From positions 1 to 64,000 of the forward strand of contig CALSSJ010000018.1 in NCBI GenBank assembly GCA_943788985.1: a stretch of 64,000 nucleotides of DNA. The letters are read 5' to 3'. Source of the stretch: an uncultured Lentisphaerales bacterium. GTDB taxonomy: Bacteria; Verrucomicrobiota; Lentisphaeria; JABSQK01; UBA12247. The position numbers were made by a program, and so were the translations under genes. This document shows positions 10,657 through 21,506 of this stretch, one piece after another; within the stretch, counting starts at the first letter, position 1; every line of letters begins with the position of its first letter. The notes beneath the pieces are model-generated. The model made no database searches and was not told the origin of the DNA. It worked only from the letters and a program-made list of their open reading frames with translations.

Positions 10657-11901
10657 TTGATGAACCGGTTCTTCTGCGTCAAGTGCCAGTGGACTTTGTT
10701 TGTACTAGCCTGTACCGGCTACTGCGTGAGCCTGGCCGCCGCTGCGCCCAAAAAGACTGGCCCGCCGCGCGCCCACTATCCAGCGTTTAGTTGGGACACT
10801 GTCCCGCAGTACATCCATATCCGGAAGGCCGATGCCTTTACTGAGGAAGAGGTGGCGTACCTGGCCGGGTTTCCGCTCATAACTCTGGAGAAGACTACGG
10901 GCTCCTCGACCTATGGCTCTAGCGATGTGGGGAGTCTAACGGCTGCAGCGGCGATCAAGGCGATTAACCCAGAGGCGCGCGTCCTTTACTATCGCAATGT
11001 TTTTGTTCATTATCCGGGCACAACCTTTGACCAGGAACTCAAGGAGATTTCAGCGCCTTATCTACGCGGGAAAAAGGGCAAAGGAAAATTAGTGCGGGGC
11101 ACTTTCGAAGGCTATGACCTGACGAATCCCACGGTCCGCGACTGGTGGGTGGACAGCGCCGTAGCGGTTACCCATTCGCCACACATCGATGGACTTTTTC
11201 TTGATGGGAATGTAAAGGCGCTGGAGCCGAGGTACCTGGGCTCTGTGCTCAAGCGTGGCAAGAAGGCGGAGGTTGCAGCGGGCTATCTCCAGCTGATCAA
11301 GGCGACCCGCAAGGCGATGGATCCGAACGATTTCATGTTGGCGAACATCATCCGAGCTCGGTTTCCAAAGGCTGGCTTGGAGCACATGGGCTATTTCGAT
11401 GGTTCGTATCTGGAAGCATTCGAGCATAACGTCGCTCGGTTTAGCCGGGTAGACTATGTGGCGCGGGGGATTTCGGCGGCGCAGGTTGCGGCACGAAAGG
11501 GCAGGATCATCGCCATGACCTTTGGTTTGGGCGAAGCGGCTCAGAGTGAACAGGGAATTGATGAGACGCGCCATCAGCTGACTGACCATGCAGACATTGC
11601 CAGAAAGGTAGAATACTACACTGCCCTGTTCCTGATCTGTGCCGAGAAGTACAGCTACCTGTCTTTGCACGATGGCTATCATGTCGGGATGCTTGGCAAA
11701 AAGGGCAGGCATAATTACCGCTGCGCCAGCCTGCTCTGGCTCAAGCAGTTGCCCGCACTTCAGAAGCCGCTGGGCCCCCCGAAAGGCCCGGCCAAGCGTG
11801 AGGGGTATCGTTACTCTCGTAAATTTGAGCATGCCACTGTCGCCCTGAACATTGAGAGCGAGCGGGCAAAAATTACCTGGCATGAGGTTGCCCCGAAATG
11901 A
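10657..11901 (+). CDS. Secreted putative glycoside hydrolase, GHL15/GH168-like (candidate endo-fucanase)
   Basis: Signal peptide; YPAFSWDTVP, ITLEK, AIKAINPEARVLYYRN, IDGLFLD, DGSYLE, KPLGPPKG...YSRKFEHATV; translationally coupled to a sulfatase. Confidence 0.6.
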   Translation: MMNRFFCVKCQWTLFVLACTGYCVSLAAAAPKKTGPPRAHYPAFSWDTVPQYIHIRKADAFTEEEVAYLAGFPLITLEKTTGSSTYGSSDVGSLTAAAAIKAINPEARVLYYRNVFVHYPGTTFDQELKEISAPYLRGKKGKGKLVRGTFEGYDLTNPTVRDWWVDSAVAVTHSPHIDGLFLDGNVKALEPRYLGSVLKRGKKAEVAAGYLQLIKATRKAMDPNDFMLANIIRARFPKAGLEHMGYFDGSYLEAFEHNVARFSRVDYVARGISAAQVAARKGRIIAMTFGLGEAAQSEQGIDETRHQLTDHADIARKVEYYTALFLICAEKYSYLSLHDGYHVGMLGKKGRHNYRCASLLWLKQLPALQKPLGPPKGPAKREGYRYSRKFEHATVALNIESERAKITWHEVAPK

Positions 11902-13398
11902 CTGACGCGAGGCCCAATATCATCGTGATCTATACCGATGACCAAGGCTATGGCGATGTCAGCGCGCTGAACCCAAAGGCCAAGTTTCAGACGCCCAATC
12001 TGGATCGGCTGGCCCGGGAAGGGATCTGTTTTACCAACGGTCATTGCGCGGACTCGGTGTGCACGCCGAGCCGCTACGGCTTGCTGACTGGGCGCTACTG
12101 CTGGCGCACGAGCAGGAAGCGTGGCGTGATGGGGGCGGAAGGTCCCTGTTTGATTGAGGATGGGCGAATGACGATAGCCTCGCTGCTGCGAGATCAAGGC
12201 TACCACACGGGTATGGTCGGTAAGTGGCACTTGGGTATGACGGTTCCTGGCAGCAAGGGCGAGCGCAATTGGTCGCTGCCGATCACTGACATGCCGCTGG
12301 ACAAAGGCTTTGACTACTTTTTTGGGATCCCGGCTTCGATGAACTTTGGCGTGCTCGCCTGGTTTGAAGGCCGTTACGCCAAGGTACCGCCGACGCTGTA
12401 TACCCGCAAGAAACCAAATGATCGGCACGTGGACTTTCGGATTATGCCGCCCTACGAAGCTGCCCCTCAGGATCGGCATGATATTGAGATCGCGCCTGAC
12501 TTCGACGACACTCAGTGCTTGACGCGGTTTACCGACAAGGCCATCGAGTGGCTGCAGGGCAGGGCGGACGATGCGAAAAGTGGCACCCCGTTCTTTCTCT
12601 ATTTGCCGCTCACCTCGCCGCATTATCCGGTGTGTCCGTTGCCTGAGTTTTACGGTGCAGGCGAGGCCGGCGGCTATGGCGAGTTTGTGGTCGAGACCGA
12701 CCACCATGTCGGGCGAATTCTCGATTTTTTGAAGGCAGCCGAGTTGGATGACAACACTTTGGTGATCTTCACCAGCGACAATGGCCCGGAGAGTTCGTGG
12801 GCATGGCGTATTGACGAATATGGCCACGACAGCCGTGGGAGTTTTCGCGAGGGCAAGCGCTCCGCGTACGAGGGCGGGCATCGCATTCCCTTCTTGGTCC
12901 GCTGGCCCAACGGCATTGCCGGCCCCGGGCGGAGTTGGGACCAGACAGTTGGGCAGACTGACCTGCTGGCAACTTTTGCCGAATTGGTGGGCGCGCACCT
13001 GCCGGATGACGCGGGCGAGGATAGCCAGAGCTTCGCATCCGTTTTACGGGGCTCCTCCACGCATTCGCGCGCGCCACTGATCAATCACGGTGAGTCACCA
13101 CTGCGCTATACCATCACCGATGGCACCTGGAAGCTGGTCCTGCCCGGAGCCGATACACCGGCCGAGCTATATGACCTGGCCCCAGGACCCGGGCGAAACC
13201 CACAACGTTGCCATCGAGCAGCCGCAGATTCGCGAGGCGCTCACGACCAAGATCACGGCCATCGTCATCAACGGCAGGACGACTGTTGGCGCTCCGCAGC
13301 CCAACGACACCGGCTACTGGAATGACCTCACTTGGATAGATGAAGAGACATACAGTCAAAAGAATTCTGATCGAAACATGAACCGCAAGGCAGACTGA
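11898..13398 (+). CDS. Arylsulfatase (S1 family), frameshift near 13175
   Basis: DDQGYGD, CTPSRYGLLTGRY, GKWHLG, FTSDNG. The C-terminus ELYDL / QDPGETHNVA continues in another frame (13090..13398). Confidence 0.9.
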
Positions 13399-13402
13399 GA
13401 CG

Positions 13403-14350
13403 GTGAAGACGAATAGAACGCTACGTATGGTAACGACCGCTTTTTTGCTCTCGTGTGTGCAGGTGTCGGCGGAAACTGCACTGCCCAATGTTGTTCTTTT
13501 CTTGATTGACGATTTAGACTGGGCAGATCTGGCGCTGACCGGCAGCACCTGTTATGCAACGCCGAATGTCGATGCCCTGGCCAAGGAAGGGGGACTCTTC
13601 AGCGATGCCTATGCGGCCAACCCGGCCTGTTTACTGACCCGCGCGAGTATCATGACCGGCAAGTAGCCGAGCCGAATTGGCTTGACCAACCACAGCGGTT
13701 CGAGCGGGGAAAGGTGCCCCAAACCCAAGCTCACGCCAGCAGCCGTGGTCGGCAATATGCCGGCTGAAGATACGACCCTAACCGAGTCTCTCAAGGCAGC
13801 GGGCTACACCACTGCCCATGTCGGAAAGTGTCATTTGCAAGCCCATCAGGATACCTCACGCAGCCACTTTCCCGCCAACCACGGGTTCTACATCAACATC
13901 GCTGGCCACCGCATGGGCCAACCGGGACGCTACTATTTTCCCCATGAAAGCGAAGGCCATCCAAATTCAAATGTGCCAGGCATAGCGGACGGAGAAGACG
14001 GCGACTACCTGACCGATGTCCTGACCACCAAGGCGATTTCGTTTATCGAAGAGCATCTTCCCGGTGATGCAGGTCAACGCCTACTTCTGTGAAATTGCCG
14101 GATACCTTTCTTGGCAGCAGGCTGGCAAAACGTTGCCTGCGCAGGGGCAATGTTTCGAGCCCGAGTAGAGGAGGCCGGTGCTGGATACGCTGTGGACGGT
14201 ATCCCTGAGCGCGGTTGCGAACTCCGCAAACATCACAGATGCCTGTGGTCCTCAACCACGACCAAGGTCTCCCGCGCCAGGGACCACGTCCTTTATTGGC
14301 ATCCACTTCGGCACGTCTTGACGCCGAACACAGCTGTGGCGTATCCTTAG
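13403..14350 (+). pseudogene. Sulfatase pseudogene
   Basis: DDLDWAD; CxPxR degraded to CLLTR; in-frame TAG at 13664; GKWH mutated to GKCH; truncated, with a stray VLYWH fragment near 14290. Confidence 0.8.
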
Positions 14351-14687
14351 AACAGACGAGTCATTGTCGCTGATAGGCCCGTTCTCGGAAGCAACCGCTT
14401 CATCGTCGCACAGTCTCCGAACCCCTCCGTGTAGACCCCCAACATTCGGTAGTTGTTCGGATCGCCCAGCAAGAGTTTAGCAGTTACCGAGATGAAGTAT
14501 TTGATATATGTCATTTAGGAAGAGCGAAGTAATCGCGCATCAGGGATCGAGATTTCGAGCGCCGCATAATCTGTCATTAGGTCAAAGACGAACATTACAG
14601 GTGTCACAGTGGCCAGCGACTCCATACCAACTGGCAGTTCCACTGGCACTCATGTCCTTCGTAGGAAATCTTGAATCCCGGGTGCCG

Positions 14688-14915
14688 CTACTCGGCAAAG
14701 GTCGGGTCATACGGGGCGCAGAACCCTGTAGAATCCATCAGCTGCTTCCAGCCCGCCTCGTAGCCTGGACCGGGCTGGAGCATGCCCGCCAACGGGGCGC
14801 GGATCTGGTCGGTATAGCGGTTGCCAATGAAACGGACGTTCATGGGAACGCCTGGCTGCGGATTTCTGGGGAAAATGGCGCCATACTTGGGATTGCCCCA
14901 GTGACCTGTTGACAA
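14688..14915 (-). pseudogene. Fragment of an (alpha/alpha)6 glycoside hydrolase (MGH1/GH63-like)
   Basis: YEAGWKQLMDSTGFCAPYDPTFAE resembles the AWKQLMDxxGFxAPYGPTxAE segment of MGH1-like hydrolases; the rest of the gene is absent. Confidence 0.4.
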
Positions 14916-15046
14916 ACTCTGCTGCCGCGGAGTCTAGAAACGCCGCGAGTCGCGCGTTAAACCGCCCCCAAAAAACTCGCTGGACGCAAGTCGCGAGTCG
15001 CTAGTCCAAAGACAGAATGGCACCCACATCACCCGTTTGCTGCCGT

Positions 15047-15778
15047 CTATTTCAGCGTCAGGTGTTTGATTGTGAAGGTTCGGTAGGCGACCGCGCCATG
15101 GTCGCCTTGGATGCGAACCGGCCCCCTGGCCTCTTCGGGCGCATGCTCCTTCATCGCTGAGCGAGTCGGGCCTGTGACCTCGGCGTTCTCGTGGACGAGT
15201 TGCCCGTTATGCACGACCTCTACGAATCTTGCATTCTCGGTCTTCTTCCCCGTCTCATCAAAACGCGGCGCGCGGAAGGTGATCTCGAATTTTTGCCATG
15301 TGCCCGGCGCGGTGGATGCATTTACCTTCGGGGCCTGGCCATTGTCCTTGTGCTTTCCCCAGCGTTGGTAGATGCCACCACAGTCGCCATGCTTGACTTC
15401 GGTCTTGCCAAAACTATCGAGCACTTGGATTTCGTACCGGCCCATGAAGTAGATGCCCGAATTGGACCCCTTGGGGACCATGAACTCAATGACCGCTTCA
15501 AGATCGCCGTGGAGTTCCTTCGTGAGCAAATACGCAGCGCGAGACTTTTTTACCACCACAGCGATGGCCTTGCCTGGTTTCGAAACTGTGAGTTCCTTCT
15601 CGTTCGCTGGGTTCACGATCACTTCGTTAGCAGTTGTCCAGCCCGTGGAATCTTGCCACGCGGTTAACCCATCCTTGAGCAGATCGATCGATTCCCCGGC
15701 GACGAGTGAAAACTGGGTGCAGAATACCGCGAGCACCGCGATGGTTGTGAGTTTCAGTGGGTTCGTTGTCATGGGCAT
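15047..15778 (-). CDS. DUF1080 (3-keto-disaccharide hydrolase-like) secreted protein
   Basis: Signal peptide; NSGIYFMGRYEIQVLDS, PGTWQKFEITFRAPRFD, GPVRIQGDHG. Confidence 0.9.
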   Translation of the reverse strand: MPMTTNPLKLTTIAVLAVFCTQFSLVAGESIDLLKDGLTAWQDSTGWTTANEVIVNPANEKELTVSKPGKAIAVVVKKSRAAYLLTKELHGDLEAVIEFMVPKGSNSGIYFMGRYEIQVLDSFGKTEVKHGDCGGIYQRWGKHKDNGQAPKVNASTAPGTWQKFEITFRAPRFDETGKKTENARFVEVVHNGQLVHENAEVTGPTRSAMKEHAPEEARGPVRIQGDHGAVAYRTFTIKHLTLK

Positions 15779-15794
15779 GTTCCTTTTTATTTGA

Positions 15795-17099
15795 TTAGCT
15801 TTCTTTGGCCCAATCGCGGGCAATCGGGCTTTTACACATGGTGTTGGCTTCGTCGTCTTTGACGAAAGCCTCCGTTTTGGTGTCCCACTGTAGCTTACGC
15901 CCAAGCTGGATGCAGATCACCCCCATGTGGAGCATGGTGGACATATGATGCATGTCGAGAGCTGGATACGTGGTACTCGCTCGCGACTTGACGCAGTCGA
16001 GGAAGTTTCGTTGCTCTCTAGGCGGCAGCGGTGGGTGCTTTGACGTACCTGGCTCATAGCGCTTGCGTAGGATTTTGGGATCGCTGGCTTCGATACCAGC
16101 ACTCCAGGTTTTGCGTCGAATCCAGCCCGTAACCCCTTGAAACTCAAGGAAGCAGCTTTGCTCATTCCAGCCACCCCTAGGCCCATTCTGCAGATGCATC
16201 TCGACGCCGTTGCCGTAGCGGTAGGTTAAATCAAACTTAACCGGAACGTTCGTCTGCTGGCCCTCTGGAATCTCGCCGGTACCAGACACCGTCACCGGGC
16301 AGACATCAGGATCGTTTATCGCAAGCTGTGCCGTATCGCCAAGGTGCGTCCCCATGTCCAGAATGGCGCCTTTCGAATAGAGGTTGATCCCCCGCCATTG
16401 CCAAGCGCCGGTTCGTCGTGGTGTGTACTCATGGAAGGCGGCCGGACCCTGCCACAGATTCCAATCCAGATCGCTCGGCGGTGGGGCAGGGGACTCCAAG
16501 GGAAAAGTCTGCCCCGACGGGAGCTTAACTTCGACACGCTCAAGCTTGCCGATTGCTCCGTTCTTCACCCATTCCACCATCTTGTGAAAGTGGATCTGGG
16601 AGCGGTCCTCTATCCCCGCCTGAAAGACGGCGCCGTGCTTTGCGCAGGCATCAGCCAGCACGCGGCCTTCTTGGATGTTCAGCGTGGGTTTCTCGCTGAA
16701 CACATTTTTGCCCGCTTCCAAGGCCATCAGCGACATCGGCACATGCCAATGATCTGGCGTAGAAATCACGACCGCATCGATAGCCGGGTCCTGAATGATC
16801 GCCCTGAAATCCTGATAGGCCTTGCAGTCGGTCGTGCCGTATCGTTCATCGACCGTCAGACGAGCCTTATTGGCTCGTTCCATGTACGCATCACACACCG
16901 CCACAACCTTAGCATCTGGATAGCCCAGAAATGCCGAAAGATTCGCATACATGCCCTGGCTGCCCATGCCGATGAAGCCGAGCGTGATCCGCTTCGATGG
17001 TGCAGTCTCGCCAAGCACACTTGACGGTATGATTGTCGGAAATCCGATCACCGCTCCCGCAGCGCCTACGCGTTGGAGAAAGGTTCTTCGATTCATCAT
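15795..17099 (-). CDS. Gfo/Idh/MocA oxidoreductase with Tat signal
   Basis: NRRTFLQ twin-arginine signal, [30 protein letters not shown]. Confidence 0.93.
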   Translation of the reverse strand: MMNRRTFLQRVGAAGAVIGFPTIIPSSVLGETAPSKRITLGFIGMGSQGMYANLSAFLGYPDAKVVAVCDAYMERANKARLTVDERYGTTDCKAYQDFRAIIQDPAIDAVVISTPDHWHVPMSLMALEAGKNVFSEKPTLNIQEGRVLADACAKHGAVFQAGIEDRSQIHFHKMVEWVKNGAIGKLERVEVKLPSGQTFPLESPAPPPSDLDWNLWQGPAAFHEYTPRRTGAWQWRGINLYSKGAILDMGTHLGDTAQLAINDPDVCPVTVSGTGEIPEGQQTNVPVKFDLTYRYGNGVEMHLQNGPRGGWNEQSCFLEFQGVTGWIRRKTWSAGIEASDPKILRKRYEPGTSKHPPLPPREQRNFLDCVKSRASTTYPALDMHHMSTMLHMGVICIQLGRKLQWDTKTEAFVKDDEANTMCKSPIARDWAKES

Positions 17100-17539
17100 A
17101 AGCTTACTCACTCCGTGTGATCGATTCTCGTTCTCAACCGCGGAAGGCACTGAATTGCACGGAAAGAAAACGTTTCTGGTGCCGGTTCTGCAGCGGAAAA
17201 TCGCAGTTTTTCTGTGTTCATGGATTTTTCTTGCCTATCTTCAGTCTACAACCGTTAACCGTGGAGATTGTCTTCGTCACATAGCGAGGGGACCAATGCC
17301 GCTTCCATCGTCTGGTTCGGGCAGGGCTTGGCGTGTTGCCTGGAGCAGCGCCTGCCCATGAAGGGGCCCAATATGCCGCTCCGGTGCCGTAGGTGAGTTC
17401 CATGGGCACCCTGGGGCTACCGCTGGCAGAGTGAGTTCTGCCACATTTCCTGACGCGGCTTGCTGACCACCGCCTCCGGTCCGTCATTCCGGAAACGGCA
17501 GTCCAGACCCATACTCCAATTTCTTGGATGCCCCGGCGT

Positions 17540-17800
17540 TCAGCAGCGTTTAAATACATTTTTCGAAACTGATCGTCCGCCACAATGATAGCGGCGCGTC
17601 GCGATGTGCAAAGCAGTATGGCCGTCGAACGAACGGGTATTGGGATTGGCACCGGCATCCAGCAGTGTCTTGATCGACTCCACCTGCGAATGGCTAAGAG
17701 CCTCCAACACTGGGGTCACCCCGCCACACCGGACAGCTGGCTGTTGAAGATCACACGCCGGATTTGCGTTTCGAACTTCTAAGGCGAGCCATGCAGTCAT
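17540..17800 (-). pseudogene. Ankyrin-repeat fragment
   Basis: GVTPVLEA...IKTLLDAGANPNTRSFDGHTALHIA. Confidence 0.6.
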
Positions 17801-17842
17801 CCCTTCGCCGACTCAAGAAGTGGCGAGGCTCGGCGCGTCAAC

Positions 17843-19225
17843 CTACAGGTCCTGGCGTAGGTTCGAGAAGACGTTGCCAGTTGGCTCCTTGGGCAACGTT
17901 GCCTGCCACCGCTTGAGTTCTGCGAGCAGATCCTCGGCGATCCGAATCTGCTCTTCCTTCAGATTGCAGGTCTCGCCAACATCCCCGGCAATGTCGAAGA
18001 GTTCGAGATGCGACAGGTCTTGGTTGCTAACCAGTTTCCAGCGGCCCTTTACCACTGCCCAAGAGACCCAATGGTCGGGGCGCTTCGGGTCTGGCGGCCA
18101 AGCAGCGCCAATCTTCCAGAAGAGTGGCTTCTCCCGGGTTTCCTGCGAGCGATTCCCCTGCAGCACATCCAGAATGCTCTCGCCGTCCGGCGCATAGTCA
18201 TGCGGCATTTTTGCCCCGGTCACTTCGCAGAAGGTCGGCAAGAGATCGACGGCATTGAGCAACGAAGACTCGTCGACCTTCCCAGCTGCGATTTTCCCGG
18301 GCCAACGGGCGATGAAGGGCACACCGACCCCACCCTCGAAGAGGGCGCCCTTGTAGCCCCGACGTCCGCCGGTTACGCCTTTCGATGCGTCGTTGCCCCA
18401 GCCGGCGCCAGTGGCGCTGTCGTATTGCAGTTGTGGTTCACCCGGATCAACCGCGCGTGATGGGCCATTGTCCGAGCTAAAAATGATGAGCGTGTCATCC
18501 AGGATGCCAAGTCGTTCGAGTTGGTCCAGTACCTGACCGATCCGTTCGTCGGCATGGGCCAGCACGGAGGCATAGATCTGATCCGCTCGTTCGAGGTGCC
18601 GAAACTGCCACTCATACTTCGGTAAGGTGTGGAAGGGCGTATGTGGCTCGTGTAGCCAGACGTTGATGAAGAACGGTTTTTCTTCGGCCACGCTCTGATC
18701 GATAAACGCGGATGTCCGCCGCGCATCGTCATACCAGGGCATCTGTTCGCCGGAACAGTTATAGGCACCATAATCATCGTAGCAATAAGCCGCTGGCGTT
18801 GGCGAATCTGGGATCATGTCGTTGGCCAGATGCCACTTTCCATAATGAGCGGTTCGGTAGCCGGTCTCCTGAAGGGCGCGGGGCAGCAGGGGCGCTTCGG
18901 TGTCGAGCCAGTCCGGCATATTGCGCCGGGCATTGGTCGGCACATGGGCGAAATGCCCGTCGATGTTATAGCGTGCCGGGAAGTGCCCAGTCATGATTGT
19001 GGTCCGGCTGGGGGAGCAGACGCCGCTGGTCACCGTGAAGCGGTGAAAGTCCGTGCCTTCGCGCGCCAGGCGGTCAATGTTTGGTGTTTCCACATAGGGA
19101 TGGCCGTGGCAGCCCAAATCTCCCCAGCCCCAGTCATCGGCGAAGAAAAAGACAACGTTGGGTTGAGGGGAGCCGCTCTCGGCAGCGCTTGGGCTTTGCG
19201 GGGTGGCGTGCGTCGTCATGGGCAT
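17843..19225 (-). CDS. Sulfatase (S1 family)
   Basis: DDWGWGD, CSPSRTTIMTG, GKWHL, FSSDNG, KGALFEGG; no clear signal peptide. Confidence 0.95.
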   Translation of the reverse strand: MPMTTHATPQSPSAAESGSPQPNVVFFFADDWGWGDLGCHGHPYVETPNIDRLAREGTDFHRFTVTSGVCSPSRTTIMTGHFPARYNIDGHFAHVPTNARRNMPDWLDTEAPLLPRALQETGYRTAHYGKWHLANDMIPDSPTPAAYCYDDYGAYNCSGEQMPWYDDARRTSAFIDQSVAEEKPFFINVWLHEPHTPFHTLPKYEWQFRHLERADQIYASVLAHADERIGQVLDQLERLGILDDTLIIFSSDNGPSRAVDPGEPQLQYDSATGAGWGNDASKGVTGGRRGYKGALFEGGVGVPFIARWPGKIAAGKVDESSLLNAVDLLPTFCEVTGAKMPHDYAPDGESILDVLQGNRSQETREKPLFWKIGAAWPPDPKRPDHWVSWAVVKGRWKLVSNQDLSHLELFDIAGDVGETCNLKEEQIRIAEDLLAELKRWQATLPKEPTGNVFSNLRQDL

Positions 19226-19829
19226 ATGGCTTCTCCTAGGTAAGGATTAAAAGGGCAGCATTGTGAGTTGATCTACCGGAGACTACTACGGATACGGCGA
19301 CAAATAACAGTGCATCGGTGTACAAAATATGGGATAACGAAGAACAAACAGCCAACAATCAGATACTGCCCATGGCGAGCAGATCTGAGGGATTAAGGCT
19401 ATAAACTAGCGATTTGTTTTTATTCTTGCCGAAGCAATAGACCTTCGCGGGGGCGCACAACTCGCGCAAGATCGTCTCGACAGCGGGACATCAAACGAGT
19501 TGGCTGAGTTGCACATTGGCTTCGTCGCTTCAGGCGGAGCACAGCACGATGTGACCACTTGTTCGCTCCTATCCAACGGTGGAATCTGAAGCAAAAAAAT
19601 ACCAAGTAATTTGTGCGCATGTCGGTAGTACGATAGTCCGTTGAGGACCAGCCACGCTCGGCAGAGAGGCTTGCATGCCGTGAATCCGCAAGGAATATCT
19701 TCCTCTCGATCCCAATGACTAATCTTACCGATATCCACTGATATCGAGTCATGCCGTGGGGTTGGCCCGCGCAGGACTGCCAAGCATCTCGAAGACAATG
19801 ACAAAGGAGAGCAGGTATCCTCCGCCCCG

Positions 19830-20100
19830 GATAATTGTCGACGATGCATGAAATGGTGCAATGACTTCAGGCTGCCGGTCGCACCTGTCTTTAGCTGGAG
19901 CGGAACGTCGCGCGAGCCATGTGCCAGGAGATAGTCTACCTCGGCCTCGGATCCGTTTTTCTCGCGGCTGTAGTAATGCATGGCTGGATCAACGAAGGTT
20001 CGGACTGCAGCGCGCAGCATCTGCCCCACGGCCTGTCAGCAATCCCACCGGTGTTACCACGAATGAGCCGATCAATCTCTGCATCGTTTTCCAACACAAT
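19830..20100 (-). pseudogene. C-terminal remnant of an AAA-ATPase/DUF4143 protein
   Basis: GGIA.QAVGQML...HYYSREKNGSEAEVDYLL...PLQLKTGATGSLKSLHHFM. Confidence 0.6.
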
Positions 20101-20274
20101 CCCCTGCCATCTCTTCTATGAGTCTTCGATACATAGGGGATACCTATACCGTGAAGCTCAATAGACATTCTATGAGGTCGATAAAAGTGACGGGTGTTTG
20201 GACGTGTTGGTCGACTAAAGTAGCGGGTCTTTTCGCGGGGGCAACGGCGGTCCCAAATTGAAACGCGGTGGCGC

Positions 20275-21453
20275 CTATTTCGTTTTCGTGAAAAACATCA
20301 TGTGTTGCCAGGGGAGTTTGTCGAACGAACGGGCGAGTTCAAAGCCGTTTGCCTTGAGCTCTTTCAGTACTTGCAGCTGGGACATCTTATGGTCTGGTTT
20401 GATCGGCACCTCGGGGTCTTCGGCGCGAAACTCGACGAGCACAACTTGGCCGTCGACCTTCAAGGATTTGCGAATCTCCGCCAACATTTGAGGGGGGTGG
20501 GAAAACTCGTGATAGGCGTCGACCAGCAGGACCAAGTCGACGCTGTTCTCAGGCAGTTTAGGGCTCACATAGGTACCGTTGACGGTGGAGACGTTGGCAA
20601 TACCCGCCTTGGCGGCGCGATCTTTCAGCATGGTCAGCATTTCCGGCTGGATGTCGGAGCCAAAAACCTTACCCCCTGGGGCGACGGCTCGGGCGATTGG
20701 CAAGACGTGGAAGCCGTTGCCGCAGCCGACGTCGGCGACAGACATTCCCGGTTTTAGGCGGAGCTCTTCGAGCATGAGAGTGGTAGCTTCCTCGCGCTCG
20801 CGCTCGGTGCGCAACAGCCATGCTGCGCCTTTCCAGTGCATGGTGTGGGCGACACGTCGGCCTAAATAGTAGCTATATGCAAGCGGGATCGGTGCAGGCT
20901 CTGCCAAGTGTTTTTCGATTGCGGCCACGAGTGTCTTGTCGTTCGGACTCGTTCTGGGCGCAAAACGGCCAGTGACCTTGCCGTGGCGGTCTAGCAAGAA
21001 TTTCTCGAAGTTCCAGCGGATCGTATCAGGACCGCCCGCCTCTTTGATAAGGTTCTCGTAAAACGGGTGCCGCGAACCAGGCGCAACGGAAACTTTTTCC
21101 ATCAGGTCGAATTCTACCCCATAGTTCTTCTGGCAGAATGATTGAATCTCCGCGTGAGTCCCGGGTTCCTGCTTGCGAAAATCGTTGCAGGGAAAACCCA
21201 CAATTTGGAGGCCCTTGGGGCCATAGGTTTCGTGCAGTGCCTGCAGCCCTTTGTATTGGGGAGTGAGCCCGCACTTGCTGGCGACGTTGACGACCAAAAC
21301 CGGCTTGCCATAATAATCTGAGAGATTTCGGCTGGTCCCGTCCAGCGTTTTCATCGTGAAAGCGAGGGCAGGGGGCGGATCGGCGAGTCGCGATTCGCCG
21401 ATTACGGTGGTGGCGTAGACAAGCAATATAGTTGTGATGAGACAGCGGTTCAT
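20275..21453 (-). CDS. Secreted glutathione peroxidase + class I SAM methyltransferase fusion
   Basis: Signal peptide; GPx motifs VNVASKCGLTPQY, GFPCNDF, WNFEKFL; then VADVGCGNG, SDIQPEML, VDAYHEF in one uninterrupted frame. Confidence 0.9.
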   Translation of the reverse strand: MNRCLITTILLVYATTVIGESRLADPPPALAFTMKTLDGTSRNLSDYYGKPVLVVNVASKCGLTPQYKGLQALHETYGPKGLQIVGFPCNDFRKQEPGTHAEIQSFCQKNYGVEFDLMEKVSVAPGSRHPFYENLIKEAGGPDTIRWNFEKFLLDRHGKVTGRFAPRTSPNDKTLVAAIEKHLAEPAPIPLAYSYYLGRRVAHTMHWKGAAWLLRTEREREEATTLMLEELRLKPGMSVADVGCGNGFHVLPIARAVAPGGKVFGSDIQPEMLTMLKDRAAKAGIANVSTVNGTYVSPKLPENSVDLVLLVDAYHEFSHPPQMLAEIRKSLKVDGQVVLVEFRAEDPEVPIKPDHKMSQLQVLKELKANGFELARSFDKLPWQHMMFFTKTK

Positions 21454-21506
21454 GAGCGGTTCCTTTCTGGACAGGGGAGCGGGGGGGATGGGGAAGTGTG
21501 TGTCGG

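Noticed and set aside
11089..12998. Long antisense ORFs (11089..11883, 11811..12998; likewise 3922..4638, 16344..17024, 37691..38470, 43514..44164)
   Set aside because: Shadow frames of well-supported genes in GC-rich DNA, with no motifs.
17165..17180. LacI-type operator (GAAAACGTTTC) upstream of the oxidoreductase
   Set aside because: Only an 8-bp perfect palindrome and no second copy near lacI; insufficient support.
21260..21290. Selenocysteine in the glutathione peroxidase
   Set aside because: The active-site codon is TGC (Cys), not TGA.
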